Virus record (IMG/VR): IMGVR_UViG_3300028897_000536
Strand: one strand, 5' to 3'
DNA: 64,000 nucleotides
Source: an uncultured virus (IMG/VR IMGVR_UViG_3300028897_000536)
Taxonomy: Duplodnaviria > Heunggongvirae > Uroviricota > Caudoviricetes
Below the pieces are notes generated by a model. The model ran no database searches. It had not been told where the DNA came from and was given only the letters and a program-made list of their open reading frames with translations. The position numbers and the translations under genes were made by a program. This document shows positions 51,401 to 60,057 of the stretch, in pieces; position 1 is the stretch's first letter, and the number at the start of each line of letters is the position of its first letter.

Positions 51401-51583
51401 ATTAGAGGTATCTCCACAATCTACCCAATCATTAGAATCAAAACTTAAAGCTGTATTTATTTTTCCTGTTACACTTATATCTTCTGTATTATGTTGAGCA
51501 GTTCCGTTGTTACTACCTATAGTATCCAATACTGTAGTAGTAGCCAAATTGTCATTCATTTTCCAATGTGCAATATTAGCCAT
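48497..51583 (-). CDS. Large tail/baseplate hub protein with an N-terminal LamG (ConA-like) domain
   Basis: AHWKMND..ALSFD..WHHIGFT..LYVDG..FEGDIDDVRI; internal repeats; hub-like IFTGKI segment. Confidence 0.8.
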   Translation of the reverse strand: MANIAHWKMNDNLATTTVLDTIGSNNGTAQHNTEDISVTGKINTALSFDSNDWVDCGDTSNYVWTDKLSVFCWIKKTGLFNLIPTIIGKWKQNSNDCEWMISITSDDAINYKLQVRYGDDTGLYTGLYETNTTVITKNTWHHIGFTFNAGTLKLYVDGNEIASTMQYSEPDSTLFNGIAKLYMGIADPAGGGAGTVAFEGDIDDVRISSSVFTQDTIDFLYNSGNGTETSLADEIELEDTVTLSEEVLLQLNPEELNLEDTITLSEEIELKTTPEIINLEDTITLYDKIEGVNKASYATDIKYHDGHLYISTDETPAQVVKVEIDYNGLGEQRWRTYTLDIGLNNAKALTINELFGELYVACSNGKIAKMNNLDDLDLERSIVIIESNTDNMITIDDSEEYLSVFIGTDSLTAELYKLDYSEITKINTYFPFIRELSYNINTYLPFLKGGLVNTDLRFITKKENIINTDFRFTTVPYNSVNHTPTPRTDFKVYINGNILPDNDVKLDSIRVQHFADEESKAYFILNRKFDRLDTNEEEQSSQITNQNSVTIYIRDKLIFTGKINRLNPITEEELVNVEATSSETWSTKKVTVDLPIPSINEQLHLYHAQIQEIDIYNPNWDIGMTEITNLGCTQVPLGDPNETKYLLGGILGTSLGGNKILTGTGNKFTRSMEGLNIDIVSGEGAHLGNYKIVKYINSNTVELDRCPILKSPSGAQGILLFGGSMSGGIGYIHDNPVIYRGIKISLGTQEFERVFKEEGTGHPLNIGFAIENQAELANWIETGQWQPDPNYEYFWYADIQYIGLYRLQNRIMPLVNPIVTNKYIGTSLQPLTSDLYKILGLWYRRQRVYNNWVYPEEFYYVGTYPFKEISASKTGRYQSTPHLEDRENGLYNVTGEYYNYRNYARNVANLEYEKLKNINGDILPITNIGLNLTIDGFLYYDIRLLNRLNITNTTETGVYKNNNGFPVSVKGITINADTMKVTLDCDNTKSKSELEDIDDRYPQEPTPNPGHYTFLDKKFDITTQSYIE

Positions 51584-51597
51584 TTATTTCCTTATTT

Positions 51598-52047
51598 TTA
51601 ACTTATTGTTATAGTAACTGTAACTTTTAAATCTACATCTGAATCTACTGATTTTGCACTAAAAGTAAATCTATCAAACATTACAGAACCTGATTCTGTA
51701 TCACTATCAAATACTCCCGCTTCAGTAATATCATAAGTTTCTCCTGAACCAAACGTAAAAGTTTTAGTAAATCTAGCTTTATAATCAGATACATAAGATA
51801 AAGTAGCTAAACTTCTTTTAACTTCTGTTTCTAAAGCTGTATCTCCTGCTGTAGGAGAAGTAGAACCTTCTCCAATAGCAATAGCTCTAAAATAAGTTGA
51901 AGAAATTCCATTTAATAATTTAGCTAGTTCTTCTTTACCAGTATTAACTATCGTATTATGTCCTTTATCGTAACTTAAAATCTTACCAGTTTTTTTACTA
52001 ACTAAAGCTACTTCCCATTCTCCTATTATTTTAATTTTTTCTTTCAT
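51598..52047 (-). CDS. Tail/baseplate structural protein
   Basis: NTIVNTG, IAIGEG, DTALETE, ITEAGVF pattern common in phage tail proteins. Confidence 0.7.
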   Translation of the reverse strand: MKEKIKIIGEWEVALVSKKTGKILSYDKGHNTIVNTGKEELAKLLNGISSTYFRAIAIGEGSTSPTAGDTALETEVKRSLATLSYVSDYKARFTKTFTFGSGETYDITEAGVFDSDTESGSVMFDRFTFSAKSVDSDVDLKVTVTITIS

Positions 52048-52069
52048 TGTTACTCCTTTATATTTTTTT

Positions 52070-52636
52070 TTAAGTTATATCTTCACTAGTAACATTCCAA
52101 GTTCCATCTTCTATCTTTACTAAAGTAGTAGGACTTGTATAAGTTACTACCCATAAATTATTACTATCATCTATAGTTATTGCTCTTGCATTGTTAATTC
52201 CTGTTAAAGTTATTGTTCCTAACAAAGAATTAGATGTTTTACTAAATCTTAATAATTTAGCATCTGATCCGCTTATAGAGCCTGGTATTAAAAGAAATGT
52301 ATAATCTCCAACCACTAAAGAAATAGCTTCTTCAGTAATAGCTACTGGTTTAGTATAATAGAAATAAGAAGTAAGAGGGGAAGTTTTACTTAATCTCATT
52401 CCTATATAATCATCATCATCTAGAGATAAATAAATATAACTTCCATTATCTGTTATTTTTGTTATTTTATCAGCTTGAATATTTAGATCAAAATATCTAA
52501 CATTAGGATTATATTTACTTACTTTATATAAATAAGAAATTCCTCCAGTTCCTAAAAAAGCTATCCAAAGATATTCTCCTTCTCTATGAATAGCAGTTAT
52601 TTGATTTTCTGAAAAAGTAAATCTATTTTTAATCAT
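52070..52636 (-). CDS. Beta-propeller-like virion protein
   Basis: Repeating beta-blade pattern; structural operon. Confidence 0.5.
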   Translation of the reverse strand: MIKNRFTFSENQITAIHREGEYLWIAFLGTGGISYLYKVSKYNPNVRYFDLNIQADKITKITDNGSYIYLSLDDDDYIGMRLSKTSPLTSYFYYTKPVAITEEAISLVVGDYTFLLIPGSISGSDAKLLRFSKTSNSLLGTITLTGINNARAITIDDSNNLWVVTYTSPTTLVKIEDGTWNVTSEDIT

Positions 52637-52637
52637 A

Positions 52638-53270
52638 TTATACTGATGTATATTTAATACTAATTATAGGCTGTTCTAATCCTGATTGAGTTGTTCCAAC
52701 TGGAATAATAATCTTCAAATTACAATAAAGTACTTTTGCTCCTGTTAATGCTCCATTTTCATTATTTAACCACAAAAAATGGTTATTTTCACTTCCAGCT
52801 AATGGATATCCTGCCCAATCATCTCCAGGAAGTCCATCTGTAGTAACTACTCCTTTCCACCAACTATCATCAGCTACTCCATTACCTAAACTATATAATT
52901 CAATACTATCTAGGTCTTCATCGTCCCATAATTCTAATACAGGTTCCGAAGTAGTTTCTCCATCAAAATCAAAAGCAAATACATATCTTTTATTTTCAGC
53001 AAAATTATGTATTTCTCTTAAAATACCTGAACTAATATCTTCTAAAAAACATCTGTTTACTTCTACATCTTCTGTAGCACTAATTAAAACACCTGCCTGA
53101 TTTTTAGCAGAATCAGAAGGAATAGTTTCACCATCTGCTACAGTAGTCGATCCAGCAGAGAATAATAATCTATCATTAACGATAGATAATTCTTGCCAAT
53201 CTACTCCAGAAGTATTTAATGGCTGATCTTCTGTATCACAATTCACAAAAATTGAAAGTTCCGTTGACAT
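52638..53270 (-). CDS. Acidic virion protein
   Basis: 210-aa ORF in the tail operon. Confidence 0.5.
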   Translation of the reverse strand: MSTELSIFVNCDTEDQPLNTSGVDWQELSIVNDRLLFSAGSTTVADGETIPSDSAKNQAGVLISATEDVEVNRCFLEDISSGILREIHNFAENKRYVFAFDFDGETTSEPVLELWDDEDLDSIELYSLGNGVADDSWWKGVVTTDGLPGDDWAGYPLAGSENNHFLWLNNENGALTGAKVLYCNLKIIIPVGTTQSGLEQPIISIKYTSV

Positions 53271-53283
53271 AAATTCCCCTCCT

Positions 53284-53691
53284 TTACCAAGAATTAGCTC
53301 TAAGTCTTATTATATAATCTTGTCTTCTTGTTCTAAGACTTTCAGGATATTCTATAGGTAAAATTCTCTTTACTTTATAATTCCAATATGTACTATCTGA
53401 TTTATCAAATCTTAAAATATATGGTATATTTACTTGAACTAAAGTCTCTAATTCATCTATTTTTGAAGCTAGTTCTATGTAACTATCTCCATGTAAAATT
53501 CCTTCAATTTCTATATCCCAAGCTTGATCTCCTCCTTCTATAATAATACTACCTTTAGCTCTAACAGTAGAATGTTCTACTATATCTTTAGGAGATTGAG
53601 GTATATTAGTTCTTTGTACTATAGGAAAAGTATATAATAATGTATTTCCTGTAGAATCATATAATTTAAATCTTGGTATAAAATCATTCAT
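53284..53691 (-). CDS. Distal tail (Dit)-like protein
   Basis: Immediately follows the tape measure gene; size and beta pattern. Confidence 0.5.
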   Translation of the reverse strand: MNDFIPRFKLYDSTGNTLLYTFPIVQRTNIPQSPKDIVEHSTVRAKGSIIIEGGDQAWDIEIEGILHGDSYIELASKIDELETLVQVNIPYILRFDKSDSTYWNYKVKRILPIEYPESLRTRRQDYIIRLRANSW

Positions 53692-53705
53692 ACTTTACTC
53701 CTTTA

Positions 53706-55829
53706 TTAATATTCTTCTATTTTTTCGTTTATTCCTTTAGATAAAATAGAATTAGGATCTTCAATATCATTCTTAATTACTACTCTAGTTCTACCTTCTA
53801 TAGGTTTACCATCTAATTCTACTACAAGATCTATGTTTTGATTAAGAGCTATAGGTGGAATAGCTGTAGGAATTTCAGGTCTAGCTTGAACTCTAAGGGC
53901 TTCTACTGGTCTAATTCTAGCTATATCTCTCATAATTTCAGCTATATTTATTCGTGGCATACCGCCTGGAATTGGCATATTTCTAGGAGCTTCTTCCCGA
54001 TACCATCTTCCTGCTTGATATTGTTCTACCCTTTCTATAGCTATCTTATAAAGTTCAATAGCATCTTTTGAATAAGAATTTTGTTCTATTTTTTCTCTGG
54101 TAATCGCTTTTTCTAGATCTAATTGTCTTTTTAATGGACTTAAAGTGTCTTCCTGTAATCTTAATTGACTTTTTAAAATATTTTCTGCTTCTAAAATTTT
54201 CGATTCTGAAGCTCCTCTTAATTTTAATAAATCTAATTCGTGTCGAATTATAAGTTCTAATTCTTTAATTTCTTCTTTAGTTCTAAAAATAAACTTTGGA
54301 GTTATTTTTATAGATTTAGCTCCTACTGTTTTATTTAAATCTTCTATAAAAGTATCTACTTCATTTATAATTTTATCTTGATCTTCTTTTTTTATTTTTT
54401 CCCATTTAATTCCTAAAGGTACATTTCCGAATCCAAATCCTAATCCTATTCTAGCTTTCCATTCTTTTGATAAAGCTCTTTTAAATCCTTCTACAATATC
54501 TACAGGATCTTTGAAATATTGTAAATAAAATTCACCGACAGGAAAATGAGGTACTAATAATCTTGCAAAAAGACTTCCTAATATTTTAGCGTGTTTTTCC
54601 AAATCTGTCAATAAATCATTTATATTTTTTAAAGCTTCTGCAAAATCTTTTCCCCCTGCTACTCCTTGAACAAAATTTTGGCTAGAAACTTTTGTTAGAT
54701 TTTTCATTATTTTTATCTGTCCACTAACAGAAGCCAAAACTTCATCATATTTTTCTTTTTGTTCATCTAATAATTTATTATAATCTTGTATTTCAGTATT
54801 AATATCTTTTTGGTTTTTAAGTAAAGTATCATATAAAGCAATTAAAGCCATTCCAGCCTCTTTCGATCTTACCCCTCCGAATATTCCCATTGTTTCTACA
54901 ATAGCTTGAATAGGTTTTCCTTCGTTTTTTAAACGATTAACAGCTTCTAATACTTTCATTAAAGCTAAATAGGCATTATCTACTTCTGGATTAAATTTAA
55001 TTCCTAACATTTTCGTTGCTTGATCTAAATTCTGTACTAATTTATTAATAGAAGTTCTTAAAAGTCTTCCTGCTCTTGATCCTTTTAAACCAGCGGTTTC
55101 TAAAGTAGCTAATAAAGATATAGTTTGTTCCATATTAAAATTAAAAACATTAGCTGTCGGTAAAAACTGCTGTAAAGCTCCAGTAAATTCATTTAATTCA
55201 AAAGCGTTTGTTCTCCATAATTTATAAATTTGTGCCCCTGTTACTTCTAATCTTTTAGATTCTGGAATTGTTTTATTAATAGAATCTCCTAATAATCTAT
55301 ATGCTTGAGCTAATACTCTAGCTGTTTGATCTGCATCGCCAAACATTACAGTCGCTAGTCTTGTAGCTGTTTCCATTCCTTGCATAGATGTTTTAATATT
55401 TAAACCTACTGTACCAAATCTATAAAAAGCAGATTGTAATTTTGCCATACTTTCTCCAGTTTCTATAGATAGATTTTTTGTTCTTTCTGTTAATTCAACT
55501 ACCGCTTCGCCCATAGTACCTGTATAATCATGTATTACTTGTTTAGATTTTTGTAAAGCTCTATCGAATTCTACCCAATATTGAAGTCCTTCTGAAAAAG
55601 TTCTAAATACTGCCATCATCGCTTGTCTAAATACAAACCATACAGGAACCACTATAGCTACTCTTTTTAAAGCCTTAACAAAATCATTTTGTTTAGTTGT
55701 AGCTGTTTTTAGACTTTGAGTAGAAGTTTTAGTAATTCCATCTATCTCTTTCAAAGATTGTTTAACTTGTTGAACACCCTGTTGGGTTGCTATAATTTTA
55801 ATTAAATAAAGTGATTCTTTACTAGCCAT
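53706..55829 (-). CDS. Tail tape measure protein
   Basis: Long helical protein with TP901-type core GLKGSRAGRLLRT; follows chaperone-like genes. Confidence 0.85.
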   Translation of the reverse strand: MASKESLYLIKIIATQQGVQQVKQSLKEIDGITKTSTQSLKTATTKQNDFVKALKRVAIVVPVWFVFRQAMMAVFRTFSEGLQYWVEFDRALQKSKQVIHDYTGTMGEAVVELTERTKNLSIETGESMAKLQSAFYRFGTVGLNIKTSMQGMETATRLATVMFGDADQTARVLAQAYRLLGDSINKTIPESKRLEVTGAQIYKLWRTNAFELNEFTGALQQFLPTANVFNFNMEQTISLLATLETAGLKGSRAGRLLRTSINKLVQNLDQATKMLGIKFNPEVDNAYLALMKVLEAVNRLKNEGKPIQAIVETMGIFGGVRSKEAGMALIALYDTLLKNQKDINTEIQDYNKLLDEQKEKYDEVLASVSGQIKIMKNLTKVSSQNFVQGVAGGKDFAEALKNINDLLTDLEKHAKILGSLFARLLVPHFPVGEFYLQYFKDPVDIVEGFKRALSKEWKARIGLGFGFGNVPLGIKWEKIKKEDQDKIINEVDTFIEDLNKTVGAKSIKITPKFIFRTKEEIKELELIIRHELDLLKLRGASESKILEAENILKSQLRLQEDTLSPLKRQLDLEKAITREKIEQNSYSKDAIELYKIAIERVEQYQAGRWYREEAPRNMPIPGGMPRINIAEIMRDIARIRPVEALRVQARPEIPTAIPPIALNQNIDLVVELDGKPIEGRTRVVIKNDIEDPNSILSKGINEKIEEY

Positions 55830-55831
55830 TT

Positions 55832-56170
55832 TTATCGCCTCTTATTTTTCTTTGTAAAAGTTATTTTTGGTATTCCAGTAACTTTTGGTTTATCTTGTTT
55901 ATCTATTTTTTTATTCTTTTTTTTCCATAATATATAACTATCTGTCCATAAATCATTTTCTATAACTTCTTGCGAAATAAATTTTTCTTCTGCATATAAA
56001 TCTATATAAAGATTATAATAAAGTTCTAAATATCCTAAAAATAATATTTGTATTCTGGAAAGATCTTTATTGTTATCAAATAAATTTATATTCATATTAT
56101 TTTTAATATTAGAATATATAGATTGCCATTCAAAAGATCTCGCTAATTCTCTTAATGGATTATTTTTCAT
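55832..56170 (-). CDS. Putative tail assembly chaperone
   Basis: Position directly before the tape measure gene. Confidence 0.45.
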   Translation of the reverse strand: MKNNPLRELARSFEWQSIYSNIKNNMNINLFDNNKDLSRIQILFLGYLELYYNLYIDLYAEEKFISQEVIENDLWTDSYILWKKKNKKIDKQDKPKVTGIPKITFTKKNKRR

Positions 56171-56832
56171 TATAAATTAGGGTTAAAAATTAAAGCTCCT
56201 ATATAATTACTAGCTAAAACTAATAACAAATCATCGGCATTTATTAATAAATCATCTATGTCTTTAAATGCTTTAATCCATTTATCTTCTTCTTTTTTTT
56301 CTAATACCATAGCCACCATCGCTATATTAGAAAATTCTGTTATAATATCTTCTATAGAAAATTCTAAATAATCTTTTTTATTAATTATTAATTTATTTAT
56401 TGTTAATTCTAAATCTTCAATATCTTTTGATAATTTTTTCTTCACTTCTATAGATTCTGTTCCTCCAATTTGTAATTTGATATCATCAATCTGAAGATAT
56501 ATTTCTGCTATATCTTTATCCATTTTTTCGATATCTATTCCTTTTTCTTTATATTGTTCTATCCATTGTTGTCTAAACTTATAAGCTTTATCCATGAGTA
56601 ATTCCTGTTTTTTAAGACTTCTTAATCTCTGAAGTTCTAATCTTTCTTTATAATTTGGTTTTTTAACTCTATAAGTTTTTCCTTTACATTCAAATTCTAT
56701 CTTATTATCTTTAACTAAATTTTCTACTTCTTGTAACTCATCGATTTTTTTAAGTTTATCTGTTACTTCTTTAGCTAATTGTTCCTTACTTTTCTTTTCT
56801 TCCATTTTATTCCTCCTTACTATTTTTATCAA
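56170..56832 (-). CDS. Putative tail assembly chaperone (coiled coil)
   Basis: Lies between the major tail and tape measure genes; likely start at MEEKK. Confidence 0.45.
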   Translation of the reverse strand: MIKIVRRNKMEEKKSKEQLAKEVTDKLKKIDELQEVENLVKDNKIEFECKGKTYRVKKPNYKERLELQRLRSLKKQELLMDKAYKFRQQWIEQYKEKGIDIEKMDKDIAEIYLQIDDIKLQIGGTESIEVKKKLSKDIEDLELTINKLIINKKDYLEFSIEDIITEFSNIAMVAMVLEKKEEDKWIKAFKDIDDLLINADDLLLVLASNYIGALIFNPNL

Positions 56833-57049
56833 TAAATTTCACACTTGGTATTAATGAAAACTTAATTAATTTTTTTAGTACTCTAGATTGTTCATAGATT
56901 ATTTCTTTTGTTAAATCTTTAAATAAGGCTGGATTAAGTGATTTATTTTTAGAAAGGACTTCTATCCTTTTACAGATAATTCCTACTGTAGATGAGGCTT
57001 CCTTATCAATTATATCATTAATAAGTTCTATCCATTTTTCCATTTCCAT
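56807..57049 (-). CDS. Hypothetical protein
   Basis: 80-aa ORF with an AGGAG SD. Confidence 0.55.
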   Translation of the reverse strand: MEMEKWIELINDIIDKEASSTVGIICKRIEVLSKNKSLNPALFKDLTKEIIYEQSRVLKKLIKFSLIPSVKFIDKNSKEE

Positions 57050-57069
57050 ACTTATCTTACTCCTAATTT

Positions 57070-57137
57070 ATGAAAGAAGAGAATCTAGCCTAGAATAGTT
57101 AATAATCGATACTCTAAGCTAGATCTCTTTCATTCAT
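57070..57137 (-). terminator. Long RNA hairpin after the major tail gene (terminator or processing site)
   Basis: On the - strand CUAGCUUAGAGUA pairs with UAUUCUAGGCUAG using G-U pairs; the stem extends on both sides. Confidence 0.65.
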
Positions 57138-57141
57138 TATA

Positions 57142-58374
57142 TTATATTCCTAAATCTTCGTAAGTTTCGCTAATCAATAAATCTTCGCCTTCTAATGTAA
57201 CACCAGAATCAACATGCGTATCAATGTTAGCGGTTCCAGGTCTAAATGCTGAAGGTGTTAATTTTGTTGCTTTGAATCCAAGTTTATATGTGCCTTTATC
57301 TGAATCTGAATATAATGCACAAATAAATGTTAAATCATCTGAAAATTTATCTATATCAATTACTCCATATCCGCTAGCGACATCTCTTAGAACTTCTTCT
57401 AATGTAAAATCGCTTTCTAATAATCTACCTAAAGTAATAGTAACAGTCTTATTAGTTGTTCCTCTAAGAACTACTTCTTTGTTACCAATTTCTCTAACAT
57501 CTTCTCTATCGAATCTAACATCAATTGTAGCACTTTGAACTTTATGCAAATAATTAGAGGATGCTGTTTTAAGATATAATGATGCACTATTCGCTCTAAT
57601 TGCTGGTAAATCTGAATCATTTTCAATAAACGGAGCTGATGGAGAAGCTACCCAAGAAGATGCGGTGTACCAGTATTTAATTACGTCTCCAGCTTCACAA
57701 GCATCTACTGTTAGAGTAGGAGCAGAATAAGAAAATTGATCAGAAGTTAATTCTTCTGTTTCTCCGCTTCTAACTCTTACAACTCTTAAAATATACTCTC
57801 CAGCTTTATCTGGATTTTCAACTGCTGAAGGATCAGATACTGTTATATCAACTGCATTTCCTGAACCTAAATCTCCACTTGCAACTGTTTTCTTTTTGAA
57901 AATGAAATATTTGTTATTGCCTTGCCAAAGTTTTGCAGATTCTCCAGTAAACTCAAACGATCTGTCGATTAGAGCTGTCGGATCTCCAATTGTAATTGAA
58001 AAACCAACTAATCTCTGTTTAGGATATACTAATGTGCCGACAAAAGCATCATTAGTATCTGTTAGATAAGCACAAAGATCAAAAGCTGTATTATCAAAGT
58101 CTCCTAATGAAACACTTCCAGAAGTTTTGTTTGCTAATAATCTAAATAAATCAATTACACCATATTCCCTTTGCATTAATCTGCAACCAACTGTAGGAAT
58201 ATCTTTTAGATTTGCAACTACACCTTCTCTACCAAGTTCTTGAATTCTTTCTATGGTACGAGTTACATCTGGATCCAATGTTTGAGCCCTATCAATCTGT
58301 GCCCAATCTGTATCCCCTAATAAAGGGATAATACGAGGTTTAAAGTTACTTTGTGAATGAAAAAGATCACTCAT
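57142..58374 (-). CDS. Major tail (tube) protein
   Basis: 410 aa; lies between neck genes and chaperone/tape measure genes; strong AGGAGG SD; followed by a hairpin. Confidence 0.65.
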   Translation of the reverse strand: MSDLFHSQSNFKPRIIPLLGDTDWAQIDRAQTLDPDVTRTIERIQELGREGVVANLKDIPTVGCRLMQREYGVIDLFRLLANKTSGSVSLGDFDNTAFDLCAYLTDTNDAFVGTLVYPKQRLVGFSITIGDPTALIDRSFEFTGESAKLWQGNNKYFIFKKKTVASGDLGSGNAVDITVSDPSAVENPDKAGEYILRVVRVRSGETEELTSDQFSYSAPTLTVDACEAGDVIKYWYTASSWVASPSAPFIENDSDLPAIRANSASLYLKTASSNYLHKVQSATIDVRFDREDVREIGNKEVVLRGTTNKTVTITLGRLLESDFTLEEVLRDVASGYGVIDIDKFSDDLTFICALYSDSDKGTYKLGFKATKLTPSAFRPGTANIDTHVDSGVTLEGEDLLISETYEDLGI

Positions 58375-58434
58375 TATTTAGTCCTCCTATGACTTTTTTT
58401 TACTTTATCGACTCTCTCTTCATTAGATTGTCGA

Positions 58435-58647
58435 TTATTCTAATTTTCCTTCTATCTTAGATACTCTCTCTGATAGATCTCCCACTTTATCTTTAATTTC
58501 TTTTAATTCCTTACCTACAAATTTCATATCTTTATCTAAATGTTTTAAATCATTAAATTTCATAATTAGAAAAGCAAATCCTGTTAAAAACATATTTGCT
58601 GTTGTAATTAAGAATAACCAAAATTTCCAATCACTTAAAAATTTCAT
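58435..58647 (-). CDS. Small TM + coiled-coil protein (holin/XhlA-like)
   Basis: One TM helix, NDLKHL, ERVSKIEG. Confidence 0.5.
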   Translation of the reverse strand: MKFLSDWKFWLFLITTANMFLTGFAFLIMKFNDLKHLDKDMKFVGKELKEIKDKVGDLSERVSKIEGKLE

Positions 58648-58649
58648 AA

Positions 58650-59135
58650 TTATAACTCCACTTTATCAAGACTTATATTTAAGGATATAAGATGTCTATA
58701 TCTATCTTTAGGATCTAAAGTATCTTTGTCTATATTTAAGTCCACAATTGTATCGCTAATTCCTATAACTTTAATTTTTCCATTTTGTGTTTTAGATTCT
58801 ATTTCTCCATTACTGTCAATAATATATTCATAATAAATACATCCATGTTTTAATATACTAACGATATAATCTTTTAAATCTAATCTTTGTCCATCAGAAC
58901 TAGCAAAAATGTCAATTAAGATTAAGGGATTTCTTAAAGTAGAATTAGTTCCTATTTCTACAAATTCATGTTCTGTATTGCCTACTCTTATACAAATAAC
59001 AGGAACAGTTACTTCTGTAGAATATACTCTTTTAAAAGTTTTTTCTACATTTATATTAGTCCATCCATCTTCAGCTAATTTAGTTTGTAAAAACTGTATA
59101 ATAGAAGCTTCAATATTTCTACTAATTCTATACAT
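58650..59135 (-). CDS. Tail terminator / tail completion protein
   Basis: PVICIR..IDIFA pattern; upstream of the major tail gene. Confidence 0.55.
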   Translation of the reverse strand: MYRISRNIEASIIQFLQTKLAEDGWTNINVEKTFKRVYSTEVTVPVICIRVGNTEHEFVEIGTNSTLRNPLILIDIFASSDGQRLDLKDYIVSILKHGCIYYEYIIDSNGEIESKTQNGKIKVIGISDTIVDLNIDKDTLDPKDRYRHLISLNISLDKVEL

Positions 59136-59710
59136 TATTTTCTCCCTAATCTAGCAGAATGTCTTGCTAGTATTTTAGATATTTGTCCACCAAACCAATG
59201 TTCTGTATTCTCTATATAATTTATAGGTTGAATAGGATGTTTGGGAATAAAAGAATAATTTCCTTTAGAACTATCAGGTACCCATCTTGATCCGCTTCCA
59301 AAAGATATAGGTTTTGGCTCACCAGGTGAAAAATATCCTACAGGAACTTTTCCGCTTCCTGGTAAATTTAGTATATGATTAGAACCATAATTGATAGCTT
59401 TATAATAAGGTACAGTATGTTCTAATAAATCTATATTTCCTACCCCAAATCCAACAAAAGGAGCTTGTCCTCCCATATTTACAAATAAATCAGAATTTAT
59501 AGCTACTTCTAATCTTCCTGGGCTACCATAAGGTCTTTTAATTTTATTTCTAATATTTTCTTTCATCTTTTCAGATGTTCTTTCTCCTAATTCTGCTATA
59601 TCTCCTTGCATTTCGAACCAAGAAGTAGTAATATCTCTTTCAATATCAGCTATTGGTTTTCCTCTTTGTATAATATTGACTCTAACATCTTTCATTATTC
59701 TATTCTCCAA
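59135..59710 (-). CDS. Neck protein (HK97 gp10-like)
   Basis: GRL..I, PYYKAINYGS, P.NYIE motifs; synteny. Confidence 0.55.
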   Translation of the reverse strand: MENRIMKDVRVNIIQRGKPIADIERDITTSWFEMQGDIAELGERTSEKMKENIRNKIKRPYGSPGRLEVAINSDLFVNMGGQAPFVGFGVGNIDLLEHTVPYYKAINYGSNHILNLPGSGKVPVGYFSPGEPKPISFGSGSRWVPDSSKGNYSFIPKHPIQPINYIENTEHWFGGQISKILARHSARLGRK

Positions 59711-60048
59711 AGAGTAATTCTTACATATTTATCATCTAAAGAAAAAATACTAAAATTCGATACATTTTCTCTATATGATAAAAAATATATTCCATCTATT
59801 TCTATTTTATGAGATAATCTTATTAAATTTAAATCATTTTTTTTGATAATTAATTCTTTAGCTTCTTGAACTTTCATTCCATAAAATTTCCAATTTAATT
59901 TTTCAGGAGATACTGTAGAAACTATAGCTTTAATTGAAATAGGATTTAAATTAAGCCTAGAAACATTTTTTTCAAAAGGATCTATTATAGATTCTTTAGC
60001 AATATAAACTCTTATTGATTTCGCTAATTGTTTAAACATTTTATCCAT
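59695..60048 (-). CDS. Head closure / head-tail adaptor protein
   Basis: 117 aa beta-rich; synteny with neck genes. Confidence 0.5.
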   Translation of the reverse strand: MDKMFKQLAKSIRVYIAKESIIDPFEKNVSRLNLNPISIKAIVSTVSPEKLNWKFYGMKVQEAKELIIKKNDLNLIRLSHKIEIDGIYFLSYRENVSNFSIFSLDDKYVRITLWRIE

Positions 60049-60057
60049 AATTACTCC

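Noticed and set aside
56160..56200. Programmed -1 frameshift joining the tail chaperone genes
   Set aside because: The -1 frame has two TAA stops just before the junction and no slippery heptamer after them; TAATG coupling suffices
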